A DNA stretch of 64,000 nucleotides. It comes from Myxococcota bacterium. Lineage in GTDB: Bacteria; Myxococcota_A; Polyangia; Nannocystales; Nannocystaceae. Below are positions 9,988 to 19,832 of the stretch, piece after piece. The stretch covers positions 1-64,000 of the forward strand of contig JBCCWC010000001.1 in NCBI GenBank assembly GCA_039194325.1. The letters run 5' to 3'. The position numbers and the translations under genes are program-made. Numbering within the stretch: the first letter of the stretch is position 1; every line of letters starts with the position of its first letter. The notes beneath the pieces were generated by a model. It was not told where the DNA came from, did not search any database, and worked only from the letters and a program-made list of their open reading frames with translations.

Positions 9988-11402
9988 GCGCCGCGATCTC
10001 GGCGGCGCCCGCTGGCCCTCGCTCGCGTGGGCCAGCGCCGTGGTGGACCCGGTGGTGGACCCGGCGTATGGTCTTGGGCGAGGCTGGTGTGGACCCGAAG
10101 ATCGAGGAGTTCGAGCGGCGGGGTCTCGAGAGCACGCTGGGGGTCATCGTCCGGGTTCGCCTGGCGATGGTGGTGGTGCTCATCATGTTCTGTGGATGGT
10201 TGGCCTACGCCGATCCCGAGTGGTGGCGTCGCTTGTTGCTCCTGGCCTTGATGCTGACGCTCGTCGGGCTCGACATCGGTACGCGTCAGCGCTTCATGCG
10301 ACGGGGCTTCGAGCCCATGGCCGTTCGAGTGAACCTGGCCATGATGGCGACGATGCAGGCCATCAGCGTCTTCGCCACGGGAGGTCTGGTCAGTCCGATC
10401 CTTCCCTTGATGGTGCCGGCCTCGTTCGCATCGAGCTTGCTCATTGGTCCGGGTCGGCTCCGCCAGGTCGTGCTCGGGGTGCAGCTTTCGGCCATTGCTC
10501 TGTTCGTGGTGCTCCACTTCACGAACGCGCTGCCTTCGCTCGTCCCCGTGCCCCTACGGGGGGCCCGCGAGCCCGTCTCGGTCGCGATGGTCGTCCTGGG
10601 CGCGTCGATGGCCGTGCTGATCACGATCTTTGGGGTGATGGGTCGCCACCTGCGGGCCACGGCCACCGACCACCTCGGCCGTCTCGCCGCCACCCAAAAT
10701 GCCGTGTTGTCCACCCACCGCCAGCGCCTGGACGAGCTGACCACCCTGTGCGCCGAGATCGCCCACGAGCTCAAGAACCCGCTGGCCAGCGTCAAGGGGC
10801 TGTCCCAGCTGATGGCCCGAGGGGGTTGCTCTGACAACGCCAAGACGGCTGATCGCCTCGCGGTGCTCCAGCGCGAGGTGACGCGCATGCAGTCGATCCT
10901 GGATGAATTCCTCAATTTCTCGCGGCCGCTGACCCCGCTCAATCGCACCGAGATCGACGTGGTCGCGCTGTGCCGGGAGCTCATCGCCCTGCACGAGGCG
11001 ATGGCGGCCGAGCGCGGGGTCCACCTACGGATCGAGGTGCAGCCGGGGGGGCGGCTTTACGGTGACGAGCGCAAGATCGGACAGGTATTGATCAACCTGC
11101 TGCAGAACGCGCTGGAGGTGGCGCCATCGGACACGGTCGTCGAGCTCTCGGGGCGTCGCGAGGGGGAGACGATCCTGCTTGGGGTTCGCGACCACGGCCC
11201 CGGGCTCGATCCCCAGCTGGGCGCGCGGGTCTTCGAGCCCGGGGTGACCAGCAAGCGCACGGGCAACGGGCTGGGGCTGACGATCGCCCGGGCGATCGCC
11301 GAGCAGCACGGCGGTCAGCTACGGCTGGAGACCCCGAGCGACGGCGGCTGCCGAGCCGTCTTGACGCTGCCGGTGGGCAAGCCGATCCAGGAGGCTTCGT
11401 GA
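9984..11402 (+). CDS. Membrane sensor histidine kinase
   Basis: Several TM helices; EIAHELKNPL H-box, NLLQNA, DHGPG, GNGLGL. Confidence 0.95.
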   Translation: MSAAISAAPAGPRSRGPAPWWTRWWTRRMVLGEAGVDPKIEEFERRGLESTLGVIVRVRLAMVVVLIMFCGWLAYADPEWWRRLLLLALMLTLVGLDIGTRQRFMRRGFEPMAVRVNLAMMATMQAISVFATGGLVSPILPLMVPASFASSLLIGPGRLRQVVLGVQLSAIALFVVLHFTNALPSLVPVPLRGAREPVSVAMVVLGASMAVLITIFGVMGRHLRATATDHLGRLAATQNAVLSTHRQRLDELTTLCAEIAHELKNPLASVKGLSQLMARGGCSDNAKTADRLAVLQREVTRMQSILDEFLNFSRPLTPLNRTEIDVVALCRELIALHEAMAAERGVHLRIEVQPGGRLYGDERKIGQVLINLLQNALEVAPSDTVVELSGRREGETILLGVRDHGPGLDPQLGARVFEPGVTSKRTGNGLGLTIARAIAEQHGGQLRLETPSDGGCRAVLTLPVGKPIQEAS

Positions 11403-12781
11403 AGCCCCGGGTGCTCATCGTCGACGACGACGACGGCGTTCGCTACACGATCGCGGGGATCCTCGAGGAGCACGACGTCGAGATCCGCGAGGCGGCCAGC
11501 GGCGAGGAGGCCCTGCGCCAGTACGAGGCCGAGCCCGATCGTCCACCCCAGCTGGTGATCACCGATCTGCGCATGCCGGGGATCGACGGCATGGAGCTGC
11601 TGGCCCGATTGCGGGCGTATCCCGATCCGCCCAAGGTGGTCATGATCACCGCCCACGGCACCGAGCGCATGGCGGTGGAGGCGATCAAGCGCGGCGCGTA
11701 CGACTACTTCCGCAAGCCCTTCGAGCTTGATGAGCTGCTCGCGGTGGTCGACCGGGCGCTCGAGTCGGTGCGGCTGGCCGCGGACAACGAGCGCCTGCAA
11801 GGCGAGCTGGCGCTGGCCCGCACCATGGTATTTGCGTCGCCGGCCATGAGTCGGCTGGCGGTGCTGGTACGTCGCGTGGCGCCGCGTGACGTGACCGTGC
11901 TCGTGACCGGGGAGTCGGGCACGGGCAAGGAGCGGCTGGCCGAGGCGATCGTGGCCTCGTCCCGCCGCCACCGGGGCCCCTTCGTTCGCTTCAACTGCGC
12001 CGCGCTGAGCCCCGAGCTGGCCGACGCCGAGCTCTTCGGTCACGCCAAGGGGGCGTATACCGGGGCTCATCGGGCCCGAGCCGGGCTGTTTCGCGAGGCC
12101 GACGGGGGCACGATCTTCCTCGACGAGGTCGGCGAGCTCGCCCCCTCGGCCCAGGCCAAGCTGCTGCGCGTGCTGCAGGAACGCGAGGTCCGGCCCGTAG
12201 GCGACGATCGCCCGGTGGCCGTCGACGTGCGGGTGCTAGCCGCGACGCACCGTGATCTCGAGGCCGAGGTCGAAGCCGGTCGCTTTCGGCAAGATCTCTA
12301 CTACCGGCTCAAGGTGGTCACCTTGACGATCCCCCCGCTGCGGGAGCGCCCGCAGGACGTCCCCGTGCTGGCCGAGGCATTCTTGGCCGAGTATGCCCGG
12401 CGCTTCGAGACCGGCCCGCTGAAGATCCCGCCGCAATTGATGGATGAGTTGATCGCCCGCACCTGGCCTGGCAACGTGCGGGAGCTGTCCAACACAATAG
12501 AGAGCCTCGTGGCCCTGTCCGAGGACGGGCAGCTCGATCTGTCGGCGTTGGAGCGCCCCGCCGGTGTGCGAGCGGACCCGAGTCCGGCCGGGGCCAAGGG
12601 GGTCCGGGGGACCCAGGGGACCCAGGGGACCCTGCGCGAGCGCCTCGATGCCTACGAGCGTCAGCTGCTGCGCGAGGCCCTCGACGCCGCCGACGGCAAC
12701 CGCACCGAGGCGGCCCGCAGCCTGGGGATCGGTCGCGCCACGCTGCACGACAAGCTCCGCAAGCACGGCTTGGGGGGCTGA
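11399..12781 (+). CDS. Sigma54-dependent response regulator (NtrC family)
   Basis: REC domain (VDDD, DLRMP), [28 protein letters not shown], Fis-type HTH. Confidence 0.96.
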   Translation: MKPRVLIVDDDDGVRYTIAGILEEHDVEIREAASGEEALRQYEAEPDRPPQLVITDLRMPGIDGMELLARLRAYPDPPKVVMITAHGTERMAVEAIKRGAYDYFRKPFELDELLAVVDRALESVRLAADNERLQGELALARTMVFASPAMSRLAVLVRRVAPRDVTVLVTGESGTGKERLAEAIVASSRRHRGPFVRFNCAALSPELADAELFGHAKGAYTGAHRARAGLFREADGGTIFLDEVGELAPSAQAKLLRVLQEREVRPVGDDRPVAVDVRVLAATHRDLEAEVEAGRFRQDLYYRLKVVTLTIPPLRERPQDVPVLAEAFLAEYARRFETGPLKIPPQLMDELIARTWPGNVRELSNTIESLVALSEDGQLDLSALERPAGVRADPSPAGAKGVRGTQGTQGTLRERLDAYERQLLREALDAADGNRTEAARSLGIGRATLHDKLRKHGLGG

Positions 12782-12791
12782 GCGGTGTGTC

Positions 12792-12856
12792 ATGCCGAGG
12801 CCGGGCGCGACGCAGTTGCGCCCTCGGTTTTGCGCACGTGGCACCCAAGGTGGACG
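12792..12856 (+). repeat. Dispersed palindromic intergenic repeat, copy A (degenerate)
   Basis: ATGCCGAGGCCGG..GCGCGACG..CCTCGGT plus a CGCACGyGGCACCCA..TGGACG tail shared with copy C. Confidence 0.7.
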
Positions 12857-13131
12857 GGAATTGGGGTTTTCTTGGAATGAACGAATGAATCGAATCATAA
12901 AGTGATACACTATTGCATCGTCAACGTCATCGTGTGGCCCCTTCCCGTGCCATCACCCATGACCATCGTCCTATGGCTCGATCACAGGTCGTCCTCCAGG
13001 AATAAGGCATAGACCCTACGCGAGGCGGTGCATTGATACTCGTGCGGACCAGGGCGATGGTGCTCCGTTGTCCGGCTCGAGGTACTCGATCGACTCGACC
13101 TCGCCCGATCGACTCGCATCTCCAGCGGGTC

Positions 13132-14697
13132 ATGAAGAAAGGACGAACCGTGACGATCGCCTCGTGCTCCCTCCTTGACCCGTCTTCGCGTTTTCGACGC
13201 GAGACGAGGGTCCCCTGGTGGTTGGTGGCCGCTGGTGTGATCATCGGGCCGGCTGGATCGGCCCATGCTCGCCCGTTGGCCCCGAGCGTCTTGTGCCAGG
13301 CCGTTCCCGACGCTGCCGAGTGCTCGGGACAGGTCGCCGCTTGCTCGACCTGTCACACTTCGACTTGGCCCCCCAACTGGAACGAGTATGGCCTTCAGCT
13401 GATGGGCGCGCTGTCTTCGGGCGAGTATGCCGAGGCGTTGACCGAGGCGCTGCGGGCGACCGAGGAGCTCGACGCTGACGGCGACGGGATCGCCAACCTC
13501 GACGAGCTACGGCGAGGGACCAACCCCGGGGAGCCCGATGACCCGGGCGACTGGACCGGCGACTGGACCGGCGACTGGACCGGAGATGGTTCCGACTACT
13601 GTGTCGTACCGTCGATGGGCGACGACCGAACGGCCGAGCTCGCATCGACCCTGCCGGTCGTCGAAGGCTACGATTTCGAGCGCGCCTACCGTCGGGTGCA
13701 TGTCCTCTATTGCGGGCGCTCGCCCTCCTACGACGAGCTCCGCGACTGGCGTGGCATCGCCCCGGAGCCCGAGAGCCGCTACCTGGCCCTCCACGAGGCG
13801 CTGTCGGTCTGCCTGACCAGCGAGTACTGGCGGGATCAGGGCCTGCCTCGGCTGGCCGACCCGCTGATCCGACCGGTCTCCTCGATCGGGCGCGATTCCA
13901 TGGTCAACGTGAGTGTTGGCGACTATCAATGGGACTACCGGCTGTTCTCGTACGTGATGAGCGGCGGGCGAGACATCCGCGACCTGTTGCTGGCCGACTA
14001 TCACGTTCAGCGCGACGACGACGGCAGCCTCGTGCGCGTCGAGGGGCTGATACCCAGCGATCTGACCAACCCGGCGGGTCGCCCCGTCGGCGGTCAGCCT
14101 CTCGAGCCTGGATACCGTGCTGGGATGATCACCACCCAGTGGTTTCTGGCCGCCAATACGATGTTCGCCGATCTACCTCGAGGGACGGCGTCACAGGCGT
14201 ATCGAGCCTATCTTGGCCTGGACATCGCGCGCCTGCAGGGAATCGTGCCCGTACCCGACGAGCCTCGGGATGTCGATCGCAAGGGGGTGGCCGCGGCTCA
14301 GTGTGCTGTGTGTCATAGCACCTTGGATCCGCTGACCTACGCCTTCGCGTACTACGAGGGCTTTCCTCTCGATCCCATGAATCCGGCGATCTCGGGGACC
14401 TACGACGAGAGCCGACCCTCGCGGCGTGTGGTGGATTGGCAAGGAGACGAACAGACGTGGTTGCTGGGGCAGCCCGTCGACTCTGTGGTGGATTGGTCCC
14501 AGCGCGCGGCACAAAGCGACGAGTTCCGCCGCAACATGGCCTTGCGCCTGTTCCGTCACGCCTTCGATCGCGAGCCCTCGCTCGCCGAGCGCCCGGCCTT
14601 CGACCAGACCTGGCGGGGGTGGCCCGAAGATGGCTGGTCCGCCGACGCTCTCATCCACCGCCTGGTCGACTTCTCGACCTTTGGAGGGTTGCAATGA
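13132..14697 (+). CDS. Secreted protein with two CxxCH heme-c motifs (PSD/PSCyt, DUF1585/1588-like)
   Basis: CSTCH and CAVCH motifs, DADGDGIANLDE Ca-binding-like motif, RAGMITT..F and C-terminal architecture resembling DUF1588/DUF1585. Start uncertain (13132 or GTG 13150). Confidence 0.75.
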   Translation: MKKGRTVTIASCSLLDPSSRFRRETRVPWWLVAAGVIIGPAGSAHARPLAPSVLCQAVPDAAECSGQVAACSTCHTSTWPPNWNEYGLQLMGALSSGEYAEALTEALRATEELDADGDGIANLDELRRGTNPGEPDDPGDWTGDWTGDWTGDGSDYCVVPSMGDDRTAELASTLPVVEGYDFERAYRRVHVLYCGRSPSYDELRDWRGIAPEPESRYLALHEALSVCLTSEYWRDQGLPRLADPLIRPVSSIGRDSMVNVSVGDYQWDYRLFSYVMSGGRDIRDLLLADYHVQRDDDGSLVRVEGLIPSDLTNPAGRPVGGQPLEPGYRAGMITTQWFLAANTMFADLPRGTASQAYRAYLGLDIARLQGIVPVPDEPRDVDRKGVAAAQCAVCHSTLDPLTYAFAYYEGFPLDPMNPAISGTYDESRPSRRVVDWQGDEQTWLLGQPVDSVVDWSQRAAQSDEFRRNMALRLFRHAFDREPSLAERPAFDQTWRGWPEDGWSADALIHRLVDFSTFGGLQ

Positions 14698-15287
14698 AAC
14701 GCTCGTTGTTCATCGTGTGCGTGCTGCTCGGAGCCTGCAACGCCGAGACCTCGGCCGACGCCTCCACCCAAGACTGTGCTCCACCCGCCGAGTCTCTACG
14801 CTGGAAGCGGGCCGACGTGCTCGTCAATGACCTCGCCGGATCGCTCGAGCTCGAGCAGGCGACGATCTGCACGGAGCTGGGGACCACGCCCTGCCGAGAG
14901 GTCCACGGGATCTCGCTGGGCGCCAGCGAACCGTTCCTCAACACCCTCTACGAGCCTCTGCCGCGCCCGATGGTCACCACTGCGCTGGCGATCGATCGGG
15001 TGATGCTCTCGGCCTGTCGTCGGGGGGTGGAGCGAGACCAGCGGGTCGCGTCTGACGAGCGCGTGGTGTTTACCCACATCGAGCTGGGCGCGGCTTCGCT
15101 CGACCCGGCGGACGCCGGGGTCAAGGCTCAGGTCCACGAGCTCTACCAGCGCCTGCTGGGTCGGGACGCCACCGACGACGAGGTGGCCATGGTCGCCGAG
15201 CTTGCCACCGACGACGTGTCCGCGGAGACCTTCGCCACCCTGGCTTGTTTCTCCATCGCCACCACCACCGAGTTCCTCTTCTACTAG
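14694..15287 (+). CDS. Lipoprotein of the heme/Tat module
   Basis: ATGA overlap with the upstream gene; MKRSLFIVCVLLGAC lipobox; CTELG, LYQRLLGRDAT, terminal TTTEFLFY. Confidence 0.8.
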   Translation: MKRSLFIVCVLLGACNAETSADASTQDCAPPAESLRWKRADVLVNDLAGSLELEQATICTELGTTPCREVHGISLGASEPFLNTLYEPLPRPMVTTALAIDRVMLSACRRGVERDQRVASDERVVFTHIELGAASLDPADAGVKAQVHELYQRLLGRDATDDEVAMVAELATDDVSAETFATLACFSIATTTEFLFY

Positions 15288-15300
15288 CCGAGGTGATCCC

Positions 15301-16815
15301 ATGACCCGTCAATCGATCTCTACGAAACCTTCTGTTGCCGGCATCAGCCGACGCAAGCTCCTCGGTCTGGGGGTGGGCTCTGCCGGCGCCCTGGCTCTGG
15401 GCTCGACGCTGCCGGGGGCGCTGCGGCGCGCCCGGGCCGAGTCGGCGGCCGACGCTCGGTTCCTGTTCATCCTGACCGCGACCGGTGGGGCGAGCATCAT
15501 CGACAGCCTGCTGCCGGTGGCGCACAGCGAGATCTCCAGCCCCGAGCGAGTCGCTGCGCTGACCGCCTACCCCGACGAGGCGATCGCTTCGCCTCCCGGG
15601 AGCGGCTTTCGCTGCGTGCGGAACCTATCGGACCGCTTCACGGCGCTACCCTTCGGTAGCGATTTCGATCCGGTCGACTTCGTCTCGCGGCGTAAGGACG
15701 ACATGCTGGTCATGACGCTCGACAACACCAGCGTCAACCACGACGTTGCCCAGCAGCGCTCGATGAACGGAGACGGCGTCGATCGGGGGCGCACGATCGC
15801 GGAGGCGATGGCCATGACCTACGGGTTCGAGCAGCCCCTGGCCAACTGCATGATGTCCAGCGGGGGATTCACGCAGGCCGGTATCTGGGACGAGGTGCCC
15901 GATGAGGCTCGGGCCGTACTGATCGGTGATCCGTGGCAACTGGCCCTGGCCACCCATGGCAGCCGCGGCTTGGCGGGGGTCCCCTCCGTCGATGACGTGG
16001 CGCGGGCTCGTCACACCTGCGAGCTGCTCGACGAGCATTCTGCCTTCGGTCGCCGGTACGGCCACAGCGAGGCCCGAGAGCGTTTCTTGGCGCTACGGGG
16101 GGGGGCGAGTGCCGAGCTCGAAGGGGCGGATCTCGTCGATACGTTGATGCTGCTCGAGCAGACCCCCGAGCGTCCGTTGTCGGCTCTGGGGCTTTCGCCC
16201 TCCCCCGAGCTTGAGCGATTGCGTGAGCGCTTACCCAAGCTGGGCGAGGACCGGCTCCACGCCCAGGCGGCTCTGGCCTTCTTGCTGGCTCGCGAAGGCG
16301 CGTCCTCCGTGGTCACCTTTGGCCCCGGGTTCATCCCGCCGATCGATTCCGATGGTCGCGCCTTTGGGACCCCGCTGGCCTTCGACTTTTCGCACACCAA
16401 TCACCTGGTCTCACAAAACGTGATGTGGTGCCGGATGTTCGAGGTGCTCGACGGTCTCATCGGGCTGCTCCAGTCCGAGCCGCTGGGCGACGGCTCGATG
16501 TGGGACCAGAGCTTGATCTACGTGGCGACCGATTTCGGTCGTACGAAGGTAATCCCCGAGGGAGGCAGCTTCTTCAACTTCAGCAGCGGCCACGACCTCA
16601 ATAACGGCAGCTTGCTGCTGTCTCCCCGGCTGCGTGGCAACCGGGTGTACGGCGGGGTCGATCCCGAGACCTGTCTGACCTATGGATTCGACCCGCGCAC
16701 CGGGGAGCCCGAGCCCGGGCGGCTGATGGGTGCCCCGCACCTCTATAGCTTGATCGCTCAGGCGCTGGAGATCGACTTCCCCGGGCGCCTGGATATGTCC
16801 GGGCTACTACGCTGA
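15301..16815 (+). CDS. Tat-exported DUF1501/DUF1552-like protein
   Basis: GAGGTG RBS, SRRKLLG Tat motif, GGASIID, FDFSH, ATDFGRT and SGHDLNN motifs. Confidence 0.8.
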   Translation: MTRQSISTKPSVAGISRRKLLGLGVGSAGALALGSTLPGALRRARAESAADARFLFILTATGGASIIDSLLPVAHSEISSPERVAALTAYPDEAIASPPGSGFRCVRNLSDRFTALPFGSDFDPVDFVSRRKDDMLVMTLDNTSVNHDVAQQRSMNGDGVDRGRTIAEAMAMTYGFEQPLANCMMSSGGFTQAGIWDEVPDEARAVLIGDPWQLALATHGSRGLAGVPSVDDVARARHTCELLDEHSAFGRRYGHSEARERFLALRGGASAELEGADLVDTLMLLEQTPERPLSALGLSPSPELERLRERLPKLGEDRLHAQAALAFLLAREGASSVVTFGPGFIPPIDSDGRAFGTPLAFDFSHTNHLVSQNVMWCRMFEVLDGLIGLLQSEPLGDGSMWDQSLIYVATDFGRTKVIPEGGSFFNFSSGHDLNNGSLLLSPRLRGNRVYGGVDPETCLTYGFDPRTGEPEPGRLMGAPHLYSLIAQALEIDFPGRLDMSGLLR

Positions 16816-16840
16816 CCGGGCTGGTCTCGGCATAAAGACC

Positions 16841-16897
16841 AAGACCGAGGCCGGGCGCGACACCGTCGCGCATGCCAAGCCGGCCTCGGCATAGATA
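16841..16897 (-). repeat. Dispersed palindromic intergenic repeat, copy B
   Basis: Reverse complement matches 41587-41644 with 2 substitutions and 1 indel; lies between convergent genes. Confidence 0.85.
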
Positions 16898-16903
16898 GAC
16901 ACC

Positions 16904-17554
16904 TCAGACCAAGCCGTACTCGCGGGCCTTGATGGCGGCGTGGACTCGGTCGCTGACGTCGAGCTTGCGGAAGATGCTGGTCAGGTGATTTTTGACCGTG
17001 CCCTCCGCCACGTGCAGGCGCCCGCCGATCTCCTTGTTGGACGCACCCCGGGCCAGCAGCCGCAGCACCTCGACCTCGCGCTCGGTCAGCGCGAAGTGCT
17101 CGAGCGTGCGGGGCCGGGGCACCAGCCGGGCCATGCGGGCGAACTCCGAGACCACCTTGGTGGTCACCGCCGGGGTCAGCACCGACTGGCCCGACGCGGC
17201 GGCTCGGACCGCGGCGGTGATCGCATCGGCCCCCGCGTCCTTGAGCAGGTAGCCCACCGCCCCCTCTCGCAGGATGTCGAAGATCAGCTGATCGTCGTCG
17301 AAGGTGGTCAGGGCGACGATCTTGACCTGCGGCTGCGAGGCCAAGATCCGTCGGGTTGCCTCCACCCCGTCCATACGAGGCATGCGGACGTCCATCAGCA
17401 CCACGTCGGGTCGTAGGCGCTCCACTACCGTGATCGCGCTGGCGCCGTCGTGGGCCTCGGCGATCACCTTGAGATCCGGCTCGGCGCCCAGCAGCAGGCG
17501 CATGGCCTCGCGAAAGAGCCGCTGATCGTCGACGAGTACCAGTCGGATTGCCAT
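16904..17554 (-). CDS. NarL/LuxR-family response regulator
   Basis: VDDQ, DVRMP, LTTFDD, LTEREVEVL..GASNKEI..TVKNHL. Confidence 0.96.
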   Translation of the reverse strand: MAIRLVLVDDQRLFREAMRLLLGAEPDLKVIAEAHDGASAITVVERLRPDVVLMDVRMPRMDGVEATRRILASQPQVKIVALTTFDDDQLIFDILREGAVGYLLKDAGADAITAAVRAAASGQSVLTPAVTTKVVSEFARMARLVPRPRTLEHFALTEREVEVLRLLARGASNKEIGGRLHVAEGTVKNHLTSIFRKLDVSDRVHAAIKAREYGLV

Positions 17555-17556
17555 GG

Positions 17557-18843
17557 TCAGGCCAGGGTCGCGATGAGCCGGAATCCGGCCCCGGGTCGAC
17601 TCTCGATCTGCAATTGCCCGCCGACCGACTCGAGGCGCTCGCGGATCCCGGTCAGCCCCACGCCTTGGGCGGTCGGCTCGCCGCCGACGCCATCGTCGGC
17701 GACGACCAGCTCCACGGCTCGGTCCGAGTCCCCGTTGGAGTAGCGGAGCGACACGTCGACACGGCGGGCCTCGGAGTGTTGGGCCACGTTGGTCAGGGCT
17801 TCTTGGAGCGCTCGGAACAGGGCGAACTCCTGCATCGGCTCGAGACGCCGCTCGGGGCCGAGGATCGACAGGTGCGTGGTGATGATGCTGCTCGGGAAGC
17901 GCTGCAGCAGCTCGCGCATGGCATCGGAGAGGCTGCGATCGGTCTCGGGAGCGCGCAGCAGGGACACGCAGCTGCGCAGCTCACCCAGCGTGTCCCTGTT
18001 GGTGGCGCAGGCCTTGTCGAGCGCTAGTGTGACTTCCGCAGAGGCGCCCGTGAGTCCACGTTGGATGACCTCGAGGTAGAGGTGCATCGTGGTGAGGCCG
18101 TGGCCGAGCCGGTCGTGCAATTCCTGGGCAATGCGGGCGCGCTCCCGGGCCGTGGCCAGTTCGTGCGCTGAGCGTAGGTGCTCGCCGAGCACCTCGTTGG
18201 TGGCGCGCAAGCGCTGGGCCAGATCTTCGGCTCGGCCCCGCGCAATGAAGCTACGACGGAGCGCCCAGCCCACCGTAAACCCGAAGATCGCCGGCTGGGG
18301 CAGCCACAGCGGGGAGAAGAGCGCCGGGCTACCGACGACCGTGACCACCACCGCGATCGCGCCCATCATGCTCACCGACAGCACGACGGCGACCGGCCAA
18401 GCCAGCAAGCAGCCGATGAGTACGTTGGAGAGGGCGAAGATCCCGGTGATCATCGCGTGGCCATGGAACTGGATCACCACCAGCAGCGCCTGCCCGATCA
18501 TGGCTCCGAGCAATGGGCCGGCCTGCGGGCGGCGGGCCAGGCGGTGGAGCATCACCAGGGTGAGCACCACCCAGGTGTTTGCGAGGACGAACGCTGACGG
18601 GCCAAGATCGAGTGCCGTGTCGAGCGCCATCATCATCGTGGTGAGGGCCCCGGTGGCGAGCACGGTCGCCGAGAACCACCCGGCGGTGCGACGATCGAAG
18701 AACTCGCTGGTCGCCGGCAAACCGATGCGCTCGGCCCATGGCGCGTCGTCCTCGATCCGCGGGCAGCGAGCAGGCGCGGGTGCTGCGAGCGACGGCGCCG
18801 ATGCCGCTGATGCCGCATCGACTACGGCGGGATCGCTCGCCAT
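17557..18843 (-). CDS. Membrane histidine kinase, HisKA_3 (NarX/UhpB type)
   Basis: ERARIAQELHDRLGH, QEALTNVAQHS, DDGVG, GLTGIRER. Confidence 0.95.
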   Translation of the reverse strand: MASDPAVVDAASAASAPSLAAPAPARCPRIEDDAPWAERIGLPATSEFFDRRTAGWFSATVLATGALTTMMMALDTALDLGPSAFVLANTWVVLTLVMLHRLARRPQAGPLLGAMIGQALLVVIQFHGHAMITGIFALSNVLIGCLLAWPVAVVLSVSMMGAIAVVVTVVGSPALFSPLWLPQPAIFGFTVGWALRRSFIARGRAEDLAQRLRATNEVLGEHLRSAHELATARERARIAQELHDRLGHGLTTMHLYLEVIQRGLTGASAEVTLALDKACATNRDTLGELRSCVSLLRAPETDRSLSDAMRELLQRFPSSIITTHLSILGPERRLEPMQEFALFRALQEALTNVAQHSEARRVDVSLRYSNGDSDRAVELVVADDGVGGEPTAQGVGLTGIRERLESVGGQLQIESRPGAGFRLIATLA

Positions 18844-18993
18844 CCGCAGCGATCGTAGGCAAGGACCGGTCCGGGGGCCATATGCGGATCGTCATGGGCG
18901 CAGTCATGGGGGGGGTCATGGCCCGGGAGCACGCAAGAGCCCGCGCGCTAGCTGCCTGGCGCGGGGGCTCGTGATGTTCCCTCTGCTACTGCC

Positions 18994-19478
18994 CTACAGC
19001 CCCTGGGCGTCGCGCTGCTCCTCGACCTCTTGGGCGAGCATCTCGCGGTCGGGCCCCGCGGCGAGCGGCTCGGGGGAGAAGCCGGTGAAGAGCATCTCGC
19101 TGGTCCAGGCGTCGGCGAGCAGCGAGTCGAGCAGCTCGCGCTCAGCTCGGGATCGGAGATCTGCGCCCAGTAGTTGCCCGAGATGTCCAGCGTGCCTTCG
19201 TTGTGGAGGGTTTGCAGCTGCACCGGGCCGTCGCCGTTGTCGTGGATGTTGTTGCCGGCGATCCGCGAGTCGTCGTGCAGCGACGATGAGGCGATGATGA
19301 CCCCCGCCCCGTGCCCCCGGGCGATCCGGCGCCTCTCGGTCTGCCCCCGGAACACCAGCCCGGTCTCGGAGCTGTTGATGTTGACGTCTTGCAGGGTGTT
19401 GTCGTCGCCGACCACCTCGATGCCGACCTGGGCCCGCTCTACGTAGGTGTGCTGTAGGGAGCTACACCCGCTCAGCAC
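18994..19478 (-). pseudogene. Fragmented right-handed beta-helix protein gene
   Basis: Beta-helix-like text (IAGNNIHDN, LDISGNYW) shifts frame near 19140 into ELLDSLLADAW..FTGFSPEPL..QGL-stop; no credible start. Confidence 0.6.
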
Positions 19479-19832
19479 CAGGCCGCCCCAGCCCCGGTCC
19501 AGATCTGCGGGCTGTGGTTGGGTGATCGGCGCGGCTTTCGTCGCCGTGCGCTTCTCACAGAGTGGACCATGGACCTACACTGTCGTTATCGTGCAACTGG
19601 CTGAATTCACATCTCTTTTTTCAAGCAGGGATCTGCGTAGGTTTACGTAGGTCAAAGTCGTACTTTATAAGACGGACGGGCGAAGTCGAGCGGGGAGCGT
19701 GGTCGCCCGAGCGGACGTCGATCGGCGTAGGTACGGTGGTCCCATGACGACCCAGGCTGATCCGACGGGGTTCATCGACCCGGTGACCGCGACGCGGACC
19801 CCGGTCCACGTGTGGGGCCAGTGGTGAGCGGG

